DNA of 64,000 bases from Dehalococcoidia bacterium. GTDB lineage: Bacteria > Chloroflexota > Dehalococcoidia > UBA6926. Every line of letters starts with the position of its first letter. Within the stretch, counting starts at the first letter, position 1. The DNA lies in assembly GCA_963666115.2 (NCBI GenBank), contig CAXXET010000004.1, positions 448,001 to 512,000 of the forward strand, given 5' to 3'. Position numbers and translations under genes: made by a program. Below the pieces are notes generated by a model. It ran no database searches. It was not told the DNA's origin and saw nothing but the letters and a program-made list of their open reading frames with translations. Below are positions 49,412 through 58,945 of the stretch, one piece after another.

Positions 49412-50696
49412 TGGTCCACTTGTAGGACGTCAACTCCCGCAGCCCCATCGGCCCGCGCGCGTGCAGCTTGTTGGTGCTGATGGCAACCTCCGCGCCCAGC
49501 CCCAGCTGCCCGCCGTCCGTGAACCTGCTTGACGCGTTGACGATCACCGCCGCCGCGTCCACCTCGTCCAGAAACCGCGCTGCGTTCTCGTCGCTCGTCG
49601 TCAGGATCGCCTCCGTGTGGCCGGAGCCGTATTCTGCGATGTGCTCAAGCGCCTCGTCGATGGAATCGACCACCTTGACAGCGGCGGTGAGGGAGAGGAA
49701 CTCGCGGCCCCAATCGTCCTCGACGGCGGTGATGACCCGCGTGGGAGGCTCGGGCCCGATCAGCGAGAGAGCGCGCCTGTCCGCGTGAACCTCCACGTTA
49801 TCCCGCGCCCATGCGCTCACGATCGCAGGCAAGACCTGCGGGGCGGCCTGCGCATGGACGAGCAGCGTGTCCAGCGCATTGCACACCGTGGGACGCTGCA
49901 CCTTGGCGTTGTAGGCGATGGCAACGGCCTGCTCAACATCGGCGCCGGCGTCAACGTACGTGTGGCATACGCCGATGCCGCCGGTCACGACGGGTATCCG
50001 CGCGTTGTCACGCACGAAGCGGATGAGCGTGTCGCTGCCGCGCGGGATCAAAAGGTCTATCCCGCCCTCGTACACCAGCATCTGGCCGACAATGGCCCGG
50101 TCCGTGGACTCGATGATCTGCGCGGCGTCGCGCGGCAGCCCGGCATCCTCCAATGCCTCGCGCACGATACCCGCGAGCGTCGTCGTGGAGTTGATGGCCT
50201 CTTTGCCGCCCCGCAGGATGACGGCGTTGCCGGACTTGATGCAGAGGGCGGCGATGTCGATGGTGACGTTCGGGCGGCTCTCATAGACGGCGGCGATGAC
50301 GCCGAGCGGCACGCGCCGGCGGCAGACGCGGAGGCCGTTCGCCAGAGTCGATGCATCGAACTCCTCGCCGATGGGGTCGGGCAAGTTGATCGTAGCGCGC
50401 ACGTCGGCGGCCATTCCCCGCACGCGCTCCTCGTTCAGAAGGAGACGATCCAGCAGGACGTCCGACATGCCGTCTGCCTGTGCCGCCTCATAGTCCCGCG
50501 AGTTGGCCGCGACGATCTCGCCGGAACGCTCCTCCAGCAGGGCCGCAATACGCTCAAGCGCGGCGTCCTTCTGCCCGGTGGACGCCCGCGAAAGAGGGCG
50601 GCTCGCCGTGCGCGCCGCCTGCGCCTTGCTGACAAGCTCCTCGGAAAGCTCGCCTGTTTCCGTTGTTCGTACCGCAGTTGCCGTCATCGGGTTCAC
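49383..50696 (-). CDS. proA: Gamma-glutamyl phosphate reductase
   Basis: YESRPNVT, LRGGKEA, VCNALD, NASSRFTDGGQLGLGAE, KLHARGPMGL. Confidence 0.96.
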   Translation of the reverse strand: MNPMTATAVRTTETGELSEELVSKAQAARTASRPLSRASTGQKDAALERIAALLEERSGEIVAANSRDYEAAQADGMSDVLLDRLLLNEERVRGMAADVRATINLPDPIGEEFDASTLANGLRVCRRRVPLGVIAAVYESRPNVTIDIAALCIKSGNAVILRGGKEAINSTTTLAGIVREALEDAGLPRDAAQIIESTDRAIVGQMLVYEGGIDLLIPRGSDTLIRFVRDNARIPVVTGGIGVCHTYVDAGADVEQAVAIAYNAKVQRPTVCNALDTLLVHAQAAPQVLPAIVSAWARDNVEVHADRRALSLIGPEPPTRVITAVEDDWGREFLSLTAAVKVVDSIDEALEHIAEYGSGHTEAILTTSDENAARFLDEVDAAAVIVNASSRFTDGGQLGLGAEVAISTNKLHARGPMGLRELTSYKWTIVGDGQTRS

Positions 50697-50777
50697 TCAC
50701 TCATCCGTTATGTTGCCGCTCATTCAATTGTAGTGGCGCAAAGCGGAGGCGTTCAAACGTGGGAACCGGCGACTGCC

Positions 50778-51371
50778 TTATGCTTCGCGCAGGTTATCGA
50801 GCAGCCGCTTGGCGTGGGGCGACGCGGCGGCCACCTTGTCCGGGTCGATTACTCCGATCAACTCAAAGCCATCCCTACCCTTGCGATATTCGCCCCTTGC
50901 CGTGCGTCGGGTGGCATTGGCCAAACCGCTGAGCACGTCATCCTTTGGGATTTCCTCTATGGCAGCCGGATTGCCAGGCAAGCTGTTCGGCCGGAACTCG
51001 TTGCCGAAGAAAGTGCTAAGGGCGTCACGATCGGCGAGAAACCACGATTCCATCACTTGAACCATGAGGTGGCAGTCGTCGCCCGCCGACCCCTGTGGCC
51101 GCTGCCATCCGTCCTGTTCGCGAAGGTGCTGCCATGGGTCAGCGGCTGTTACCGGCCCCTCTGCATCGACAAGCAGCATTGCGTCGCTATTGTCCCTGTC
51201 AACGGCGTTCGAAAAATCGTCGTAAGCGCTTTCCCGGCTGCCACACAGATTGACTCGTGGCATCCTGCCCTGCAGGTTAGCCTTCTCAAAGAACTTTTGA
51301 AACGCCTGCCGCTCAGCTGAATTGACTCGCCTGCGACTGCTGCCGCCCTCTACGAAGATCGTCGCACTCAC
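50778..51371 (-). CDS. DUF4276-like TOPRIM-fold protein
   Basis: IFVEGG, LLVDAE, MVQVMESWFLAD, YRKG; GTGA overlap with ATPase. Confidence 0.75.
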   Translation of the reverse strand: MSATIFVEGGSSRRRVNSAERQAFQKFFEKANLQGRMPRVNLCGSRESAYDDFSNAVDRDNSDAMLLVDAEGPVTAADPWQHLREQDGWQRPQGSAGDDCHLMVQVMESWFLADRDALSTFFGNEFRPNSLPGNPAAIEEIPKDDVLSGLANATRRTARGEYRKGRDGFELIGVIDPDKVAAASPHAKRLLDNLREA

Positions 51372-52570
51372 CAGCGGTTGCCCCCGATGTGACCGCGGCT
51401 CCACAACTCGCCCAGGCTGTATTTCTCAAGCCAGTCCTTGAGATCATCCTTATCAAGCCGTCGTAGCTCAGTACCGTTGTCACCCCTTTCCGTGACAATG
51501 ACGGACTCAGGGGTGTCAGACAGGGCATCGACGAGGATGTCTGAGTGTGTCGTGACGACTAGTTGAGTACGCTCTGAGGTTTCGCGCAGGAGCTTGGCGA
51601 TTTCAGGGATGATGTCGGGGTGCAGGCCCTTCTCCGGCTCTTCAAGGCAGATGAGGGGCGGCAGTTCCGGTTGACAGAGGATCGCTAAGAGGCACAGGTA
51701 CTGGAGGCTCCCGTCTGACATCCGCATAGCGGGGATTGGAGCATCCAGGCCATCCTCGTGAAATGCCGTGTGGATGAATGATCCCGTCACAACGGTGCGA
51801 ATGTCCTTTATCCGCGGATAGAACTCACGCAACCGCCCAACGATCTCATCTTTCGCTTTCGGGCTGCTCTCCATGCTGTTGAGTACCGTGCTTAGATTGG
51901 CACCGCTCTCCATCAGCGAACCAGGCATGCCCGGGGTTTGGGGGCGCCGGATTTCAGAGAACCGCCCAGTGTCAAATGACCCGTAAGATCGAATACCCAT
52001 AAATTCGTCGGACAGCAAAAATATCTCCGGATAAGCGATTGACTCACGAAGTTGGACAAGTATCGACTTGTCCGAATCGAAGTGAGGCGCCGTCAATTCG
52101 GTTGTCTCTCGTGATTGGGAGTCCCAGTCCGTTCGAACCGCCGTTGCGGCACGCTTGTCCCTTCTATACTCGTAGAGAGTCTCCCAATATGCCGTAGAGC
52201 GGCTGCCCTTCCGCTTGATCCATATGCGCTCACTGGCTATATCCACTCCGAGAGAAAGCAACGCCTTCACCAAGGACAACTCGTACCGTATGCCGCCAAT
52301 ATACGGAGGATTGACTCCTATTGTCGCCACTCCTGTACGACCCTGCCCCTTCCAGAGCCACTCATCAATTCCCCCACCATCATGTATCGCCTTGTCCAAA
52401 TCAGTAGCCGCCGCCTTTAGCAGGCCAACGGCGTGGATGAAGTTGGACTTGCCTGTCGCGTTCGGTCCGATGAGGACGTTGAGCGGCTCCAGGTCGATGG
52501 CCGTTTCTTCCGGCCCGAACGAGAGGATGCCGCTCAGCCGCAGCGCGCTAATCAGCCTGTTGTCAGCCAA
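51368..52570 (-). CDS. AAA_21/AbiEii-like ABC ATPase
   Basis: GPNATGKS Walker A, MSDGS signature, LEEPEKGLHP Walker B, TTHS. Confidence 0.88.
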   Translation of the reverse strand: MADNRLISALRLSGILSFGPEETAIDLEPLNVLIGPNATGKSNFIHAVGLLKAAATDLDKAIHDGGGIDEWLWKGQGRTGVATIGVNPPYIGGIRYELSLVKALLSLGVDIASERIWIKRKGSRSTAYWETLYEYRRDKRAATAVRTDWDSQSRETTELTAPHFDSDKSILVQLRESIAYPEIFLLSDEFMGIRSYGSFDTGRFSEIRRPQTPGMPGSLMESGANLSTVLNSMESSPKAKDEIVGRLREFYPRIKDIRTVVTGSFIHTAFHEDGLDAPIPAMRMSDGSLQYLCLLAILCQPELPPLICLEEPEKGLHPDIIPEIAKLLRETSERTQLVVTTHSDILVDALSDTPESVIVTERGDNGTELRRLDKDDLKDWLEKYSLGELWSRGHIGGNRW

Positions 52571-52661
52571 CGACCTTGCCTCCTCTCATCGCGTCTCATC
52601 GGTTGCAGGCGCCATGACCGCACCGCCCAACTATTCTAACCTGTCTAACCCGCCACTAATC

Positions 52662-53840
52662 TCACAACAGCGTCAGGTGGTCGCGGTGGATCATTTCTTC
52701 GCCGTGGTAGGCGGCGGTGTTGGCGTTGTCTTCAGACTGGAAGAATTGGCGGACCTCTGCGTTGTGGAGGCCGGCGAGGCGGCGCATGAGGTCTGCGGGA
52801 TAGGAGACCGCGCCACGCGCGACGCTCGTGTCATCGGGGGCGACGATTTCGACGATGTCTCCTGTGGTGAAATCGCCGCGCACCTCCCGCACGCCGACAG
52901 CGAGGAGGCTCGACGTGCCCCGCCGCAGCGCCTTTGCGGCGCCCTCATCCACGACGACCTGTCCGCGCACGAAGAGGGGGCCGAGGGAACGCCTGCGGGC
53001 AGACGGACGCCGCCGTCCCCATGCCGCAAACCGCGTCCCGATCTCCTCGCCGCGCACGATTCGCAGCAGCGCATCCGGGGCATGGCCGTTCGCAATCACC
53101 ACCGACGTGCCCCAGGACGTGGCCTCCGCCGCCGCCCGTACCTTTGACGCCATGCCGCCGCGCCCCTGTTCACCCGGCATCTCGGCGGCCATGGCCAGCG
53201 TCTCGTCCGTCACGCGGTCGACGTGATGAATGAGCGCCGCGTTGGGGTTGCTGCGGGGATCACTGTCGTAGAGGCCGTCGCGATCCGTGAGGAGAACGAG
53301 CATATCCGCCGCCATGAGATTCGTGAGGGCGGCTGAAAGGGTGTCGTTGTCGCCGAGCGTTTCGCTCAGTTCCTCCGAGGCGACGACGTCGTTCTCATTG
53401 ATGATGGGAATCACGCCGAATCCCAGCAGCTCACGCAGGGTGCGGCGAATATTGACGGCGGAACGGCCGGCGGTGAAGTCTGCGCGGGTAATAAGAGCCT
53501 GGCCGACGATGAGCCCCTGATCCGCGAATGCAGCCTCCCACGAACGCATGAGGCGGTGCTGGCCAATCGCCGCGAGGGCCTGCAGCGTCGCGACGCCCCG
53601 TCCCCTGCCCTCCAGGCCGATGATGCTGCGTCCAAGGGCGACTGCCGCAGACGTGACAACGATCACCTGCGATTGGGCGGCCACGATGTCCGCGACCTGT
53701 TTCGCGATGGACGCGATCAGGCCTTCATCAAGTTGATCGCCGCCCCCGGTCAGCACGCCGGTGCCGAGCTTGGCGATGATCAACCGGTTGCGCGGCAGCG
53801 CCGCGTTCTGATGCGTGTCTGATTCGGTGTGATTGGCCAC
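52662..53840 (-). CDS. proB: Glutamate 5-kinase with PUA domain
   Basis: KLGT, AAIGQ, PIINEND, GDNDTLSA, GGMASK, IHRDHL. Confidence 0.96.
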   Translation of the reverse strand: MANHTESDTHQNAALPRNRLIIAKLGTGVLTGGGDQLDEGLIASIAKQVADIVAAQSQVIVVTSAAVALGRSIIGLEGRGRGVATLQALAAIGQHRLMRSWEAAFADQGLIVGQALITRADFTAGRSAVNIRRTLRELLGFGVIPIINENDVVASEELSETLGDNDTLSAALTNLMAADMLVLLTDRDGLYDSDPRSNPNAALIHHVDRVTDETLAMAAEMPGEQGRGGMASKVRAAAEATSWGTSVVIANGHAPDALLRIVRGEEIGTRFAAWGRRRPSARRRSLGPLFVRGQVVVDEGAAKALRRGTSSLLAVGVREVRGDFTTGDIVEIVAPDDTSVARGAVSYPADLMRRLAGLHNAEVRQFFQSEDNANTAAYHGEEMIHRDHLTLL

Positions 53841-53929
53841 GGTGTTACAAGTATATCGCCGCGATACGCGCGGTCACTGCTACAATCGGCTTGCCGCCGG
53901 ATGACGGCGGCGATTTGAGCGCCGGGCAG

Positions 53930-55156
53930 GTGAGCGCCATTCGCGTCACGAGACTCTCATTGACCCATTTCCGGAATTACGCCGCGCAGGACTTTGCGCC
54001 GGCGGACGGCGTGACGCTGTTGACGGGCAGCAACGGGCAGGGCAAGACGAACCTTCTCGAATCGCTGTTCATTCTCGCAACCGGCCATTCCCACCGCGCC
54101 GACACGGACCGGGAGGTCATCGGCTGGAGCGCGGCGCGGGAGCCGATACCGTACTCCCGCATCGCAGCGGACGTGACGGCGGGCGACGGCTCGGAGCGAA
54201 AGCTGGAACTCGTCATGCAGTTGGCGCCGCGGGGGCAAGGAGGCGAGCCCACCGCCCCTGCCGAGAGAACGATTGGCCCATCAGGGCTGAGGGGGGGCAC
54301 GCTGCAGAAGGGCTACAAGGTCAACGGCGTTCGGCAGCGTTCGGCGAGCAGCGTCGGCGACCTGGCGGTCGTTCTTGCAGGGCCGGAGGAGGTCGATCTT
54401 TTCGCAGGCCCTCCGGCTGAACGACGCCGCGCGCTTGATTCAACGGCGGTTCAGACGGACGCGGAGTACGCGCAGACGCTCAGGAGATACGATCGCCTCG
54501 TCACCCAGCGCAATGCGGCGCTTCGGGAGGCCCGTGAGCGCGGCGCGGCGCAGAGGACCGAGGAAATGCGGCTCTGGGAGCAGGAGCTGATCCGCGCGGG
54601 CGCGTTCCTCCTCGGCCATCGGACGGCGATGATCGACGTCTTGCAGCGCGAGATGCTAACCGCGCACGCCGAGTTCACGGGCCGCGCCGGCCACCTTGCG
54701 CTTGAGTACCGTTCAACGGTCGCTGTTGGCGAGAGCGCCGGAGCATCACATGACCTGCAGCAGGGATTCGCCGATGCTTTGGAGGGCGCGTGGGCCCGCG
54801 ATTCAGCCACGGCTACGACATCTGTTGGGCCGCACCGCGACGATCTGCGAGTTGTATCCGGCGATATTGACCTTGGCGTGTACGGCTCTCGCGGGCAGCA
54901 GCGGACGGCCGCCCTTGCGCTGGTCATCGCGCAATCGGCGTATGTCGGCCAACGGCTTGGCGATGAACCGGTCATCCTGCTGGACGATCCGCTATCGGAG
55001 CTCGATGCCGACCGCCGCGAGCGCGTCCTGCGCCACTGCCTGGCGCCGGGCCGCCAGGTTCTGATCACGACCGCTGATCCGGAACTTATCCCCGCAGACA
55101 TCCGCGCTCAGGCCGCCACGTTTGCCGTGCGCGGCGGAACTGTGACGCCCAGCTAA
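53930..55156 (+). CDS. recF: DNA replication/repair protein RecF
   Basis: FRNY, GSNGQGKTN, GPHRDD, GSRGQQRT, LLDDPLSELD. Confidence 0.95.
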   Translation: MSAIRVTRLSLTHFRNYAAQDFAPADGVTLLTGSNGQGKTNLLESLFILATGHSHRADTDREVIGWSAAREPIPYSRIAADVTAGDGSERKLELVMQLAPRGQGGEPTAPAERTIGPSGLRGGTLQKGYKVNGVRQRSASSVGDLAVVLAGPEEVDLFAGPPAERRRALDSTAVQTDAEYAQTLRRYDRLVTQRNAALREARERGAAQRTEEMRLWEQELIRAGAFLLGHRTAMIDVLQREMLTAHAEFTGRAGHLALEYRSTVAVGESAGASHDLQQGFADALEGAWARDSATATTSVGPHRDDLRVVSGDIDLGVYGSRGQQRTAALALVIAQSAYVGQRLGDEPVILLDDPLSELDADRRERVLRHCLAPGRQVLITTADPELIPADIRAQAATFAVRGGTVTPS

Positions 55157-55199
55157 TGGTATTGCGTTAGGATGGAGAGGCGGCATGTGGAGGGGCGCT

Positions 55200-55472
55200 A
55201 TGACAACGCAAGATGAACTGTTGGAGCGAATCGGCTTCAATCCGGACATACTGGGCGGCAAGCCAATCATTCGAGGAATGCGCATCGCCGTTGAGCACGT
55301 TCTCGGCCTTCTTGCGGCCGGCATGTCCCCGGACGACATTCTTCGAGACTATGAAATCCTGGAACCGGAGGACATTCAGGCCTGCCTGGTGTACGCCCAC
55401 CGCTCACTCAAGGGTGAGCAGGTTTTCGCGCTCATCAAAGCCGCAGACCCCGCGAAACAGCCAATAGCGTAG
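55200..55472 (+). CDS. DUF433 antitoxin-like protein
   Basis: PDILGGKPIIRGMRIAV, EDIQACLVYA. Confidence 0.88.
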   Translation: MTTQDELLERIGFNPDILGGKPIIRGMRIAVEHVLGLLAAGMSPDDILRDYEILEPEDIQACLVYAHRSLKGEQVFALIKAADPAKQPIA

Positions 55473-55476
55473 CAAC

Positions 55477-55833
55477 GTGCGCTTTCTCCTTGACGCCTCA
55501 ACGTCTGCCCGACTATTGCGTCCTCTACTCGAGGGCCTTGGGCACGACGTGAAAGCCGTAGTGGATTTCGACCGTCACGCGCAGGACGAGCATATCCTGG
55601 AGATTGCGGTAGCCGAAGACCGCATCCTCATCACCCTGGACAAAGATTTCGGCGATCTGGTCTTTGCCCGTGGGTTCGATCATCGGGGCATCGTTCGGCT
55701 TTTCGACGGGGACGCGGAGCAACAGGCAAGCGCGATGGCGCGGCTGCTGGAAGAATCCGCAGATGTACTCCATAGACGGGCCATGGTTGTCATTGACCCT
55801 GACAGAGTGCGGATAGGACGAACCGGCGCCTAG
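55477..55833 (+). CDS. DUF5615 / VapC45-like PIN protein
   Basis: RFLLD, GHDV, DEHIL, ILITLDKDFGDL. Confidence 0.85.
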   Translation: MRFLLDASTSARLLRPLLEGLGHDVKAVVDFDRHAQDEHILEIAVAEDRILITLDKDFGDLVFARGFDHRGIVRLFDGDAEQQASAMARLLEESADVLHRRAMVVIDPDRVRIGRTGA

Positions 55834-55945
55834 CGTGATGGCCGGACTTGCGCACAAACTTGACCTTTTGCCCCGTTCGGCGTAGCGTCCACTCTATACG
55901 TGGGCGGCGCTGCTGAAACGCTGCGCGGCCGATTGGAGGAACGTC

Positions 55946-56794
55946 ATGACGAGGATCGTCAGTATTGAAGAGGCGGGAAATCGATTCAGGGACGGGATGC
56001 TCATCGCCACCACGGGCGGCAATGACCGCTCCTCGATGGCGCTGACGCGGGAAATCGTGCGGCGGGGCATCAAGGATCTCACCCTCGTTTTCACACCTGC
56101 GGGCGGTCTCCAGGGCGACATGCTCATCGGCGCGGGCGCCGTCACGGCCATCGACACCGGCTCCCTCACCTTCGGCGAGCGCGGCTTTGCGCCGAACTAC
56201 CGCCGTGTTGCCAAAGAGGGAGGCATCGCCGCGCTGGACAGCACCTGACCCGTCACGCTCACAGGGCTCCAGGCTGGAGCCAACGGCGTGCCGTTCATCC
56301 CGTCCCGCGGCGTGATCGGCACCGATCTGGTCAACCTCCATCCCAACTGGAAGATCATCGAAGACCCCTACAACGAGGGCCATGACATCCTGCTGGTTCC
56401 GGCTATCCGCCCGGACATCGCCATGATCCACGCCTTCAAGGCGGACCGGAACGGCAACGTCCTTGCGCCGAGCCACGAGGATCGCATGGTTGCGCAGGCA
56501 AGTGACAAGGTGCTCGTGACCGTCGAGGAGATCGTCGACTATGACCTCTCCGAAGACCCGCGCGGCGGCTTCCTGGTTCCGTGGCCGTTCGTCAGCCTCG
56601 TCGTCCACGCGCCACAGGGGTCCCACCCCGGCGGCATGCAGCCGTACTACGAGGCGGACAACGAGCACTTCGACCGGTACATGGAGGCGTCCAGAACTGC
56701 AGACGGGTTCAACGCGTACCTCGACGAGTTCGTGCGCCGGCACACCGAGGACGAATACCGCGAGATGGCGGCGCGCGTCGCCGTGCCTGCCTAA
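55946..56794 (+). CDS. CoA-transferase alpha subunit (GctA/PcaI-like), 282 aa with in-frame UGA at codon 101 (probable selenocysteine)
   Basis: ORFs 55946-56248 and 56288-56794 are in one frame; readthrough gives ALDST-U-PVTLTGLQAGANGVPFIP; PAIRPDIAMIHAFKADRNGN, APQGSHP. Confidence 0.82.
56254..56290 (+). promoter_or_regulatory. Putative bacterial SECIS element
   Basis: Lower stem CACGCT/GGCGTG, internal loop, upper stem GGCTCCA/TGGAGCC, G-containing apical loop starting 24 nt after UGA. Confidence 0.7.
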
Positions 56795-56821
56795 GCAGAC
56801 GGACAGAGCCGCACAAACTCG

Positions 56822-57565
56822 ATGCCGTTTCAGTCGGACGACTACACCATCGGCGAGTTGATGGCCACCCGCATCGCGCGGGAGGTTCGAGACGACACAT
56901 ACGTTAGCTCCGGCGCGGCATCGCCCGTGCCGATGGCGGGTGTTCTCCTGGCGCAGGAGACGCACGCCCCGGACATGATTTACGTCCCCATTGGCGCGTC
57001 TAACCCTGAACTCAACCTCATCAGCGGAAAGGAAGTCTTTGACCTCGCCCAGCGTGGCAGGCTGGACATCTTCTTTCTCGGCGGAGCGCAGATTGACGGC
57101 CACGGCAACATCAACCTGACCACCATCGGCGACCATGACAGGCCGGACGTGCGCCTCCCGGGCGCGGCGGGCTCCGGGATGCTCTACTTCATGACGAATC
57201 GCATCATCCTGTTCCGCCTGGAGCACACGCCGCGCGTCTTCGTGGAGAACGTGGACTTCATCACGTCCGCCGGCTCCAGCGGGGAACGAATTGAGCGCCC
57301 CGGCGGCCCTCATATGCTCATCACCAACATCTGCGTGATGATGTACCAGAGTGATGACAAGAAGTTCCGGCTTGAGTCCGTCCACCCCGGCGTCACCGTC
57401 GATGAGGTGAAGGACAACACCGGGTTCGAGTTTCTCATTCCCGACGACGTGCCGGTGACAACTGTTCCGACGCCGGAGCAGCTTGGGCTGCTCCGCGGCT
57501 CCATCAAGGACCGCGTCGGCGGCGAGTATCCGGGCTTCGTCGCGTCAGGGGGATTTGGCGGATAA
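56822..57565 (+). CDS. CoA-transferase beta subunit (GctB/PcaJ-like)
   Basis: FLGGAQIDGHGNINL, RLPGAAGS, FVENVDFITS, SVHPGV, NTGF. Confidence 0.88.
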   Translation: MPFQSDDYTIGELMATRIAREVRDDTYVSSGAASPVPMAGVLLAQETHAPDMIYVPIGASNPELNLISGKEVFDLAQRGRLDIFFLGGAQIDGHGNINLTTIGDHDRPDVRLPGAAGSGMLYFMTNRIILFRLEHTPRVFVENVDFITSAGSSGERIERPGGPHMLITNICVMMYQSDDKKFRLESVHPGVTVDEVKDNTGFEFLIPDDVPVTTVPTPEQLGLLRGSIKDRVGGEYPGFVASGGFGG

Positions 57566-57749
57566 AGTCCCTCAAAAATGCTTGACGCTCAGCGCGGGCA
57601 GGACAACAATGGTTCATGGACGCTGAGCGATCCACAGGGGTTTACGTCAAGGGCACGTTTGCGCGTGCCCTTGTGCTTTTTGCGGCACACGGGGCAGGGC
57701 TGAACGGCGCCGCGTTGCGGCGCCGCGTCGTTTAAGGGGGTAGGTCGAA

Positions 57750-58940
57750 ATGATCGCAACGGAAATCGCCGAGCGGGGAATGGGCCTGGGCTTTGAAGAC
57801 GAAGCGCCGGAATTCAAGCCGTTGCGGCGCGCATACGGGTTTGAAGAGGTAGCCATCGTCCCGGGGCAGGTCACCGTCAACCCGGAGCAAACGGATATCA
57901 GGCTCTCGATGGGAGACCGCATTTTCGAGCTGCCGATACTCGCAGCAGCGATGGACGGCGTGGTTGACCCCGCCTTTGCTGCCACGTACTCCCGCCTGGG
58001 CGGGCTTGCCGTGCTGAACCTGGAGGGCGTTCACGGGCGCTACCCCAACCCCGAGGAGGTTCTGCAAGAGGTAGTCGAAGCCCCCGCCGACTCCGTTACG
58101 GCCACCCTCCAGCGCATCTACTCCGCCCCGCTCAGGGAAGAATACGTCGGCATGACCATCGAGAAGATGAAGGCGCTCGGCGCGACCGTTGCCGTTGCCG
58201 CCACCCCTGCCAACACCAAGCAATTCGTCGGCGCCGTCGTTGAGGCTGGGGCGGACTATTACGTCTGCCAATCCACGGTCACGACCGCGCGGCATATCTC
58301 GTCCAGCCCGGTTGGGCTGCATTTCGACGATCTCGTGGGCCGCATTCATATCCCCGTCATCGTCGGCAACGTCGTCGGTTATCACCAGACGATGGAGCTG
58401 CTGCACACCGGCGTCGCCGGCGTCCTGGTCGGCGTCGGCCCGGGCGCGGCCTGCACCAGCCGCGAGGTTCTTGGCATCGGCGTGCCGCAGGTCACGGCGA
58501 CCATTGAGACCGCCGCCGCGCGCGACGAATACCACCGCCGCACGGGACGCTACGTTCCGATCATCACCGACGGCGGCATTCGCTCAGGCGGCGATCTATG
58601 CAAGGCGCTTGTGGCGGGCGCGGACGCCGTGATGCTTGGTTCCATCTTCGCCTCGGCGGAAGAGGCGCCGGGCAAGGGCTATCACTGGGGAATGGCGACG
58701 CCGCACCCCGCCCTGCCGCGCGGCACACGGGTGCGCGTGGGCGTCCGGGCAACGCTGAACCGACTCCTCTTTGGCCCGACGGACCGCACGGACGGCACGG
58801 AGAACCTCGTCGGCGCAATCCACACCGCTATGGGCATGTGCGGCGCGGAGACCATCCGCGAACTGCAACAGGCGGAGATGATTGTCGCCCCCGCCATCAA
58901 GACGGAGGGCAAGCAGCTACAGATGGCAGGCCAGGTGTAG
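57750..58940 (+). CDS. GuaB3-family IMP dehydrogenase-related protein
   Basis: RRAYGFEEVAIVP, AMDGVV, VLNLEG, GVGPGAACTSR, HWGMATP..LPRGTR; no CBS domains. Confidence 0.9.
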   Translation: MIATEIAERGMGLGFEDEAPEFKPLRRAYGFEEVAIVPGQVTVNPEQTDIRLSMGDRIFELPILAAAMDGVVDPAFAATYSRLGGLAVLNLEGVHGRYPNPEEVLQEVVEAPADSVTATLQRIYSAPLREEYVGMTIEKMKALGATVAVAATPANTKQFVGAVVEAGADYYVCQSTVTTARHISSSPVGLHFDDLVGRIHIPVIVGNVVGYHQTMELLHTGVAGVLVGVGPGAACTSREVLGIGVPQVTATIETAAARDEYHRRTGRYVPIITDGGIRSGGDLCKALVAGADAVMLGSIFASAEEAPGKGYHWGMATPHPALPRGTRVRVGVRATLNRLLFGPTDRTDGTENLVGAIHTAMGMCGAETIRELQQAEMIVAPAIKTEGKQLQMAGQV

Positions 58941-58945
58941 GTGGA

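Noticed and set aside
55946-56794. CoA-transferase alpha as a nonsense pseudogene or two separate genes
   Set aside because: Single UGA, intact frame and codon usage on both sides, SECIS-like hairpin, and intact beta subunit
28294-57385. Long antisense ORFs (28294-29721, 46324-47940, 49617-51320, 55790-57385 and similar)
   Set aside because: Shadow frames opposite well-supported genes, expected in high-GC DNA; no recognisable motifs
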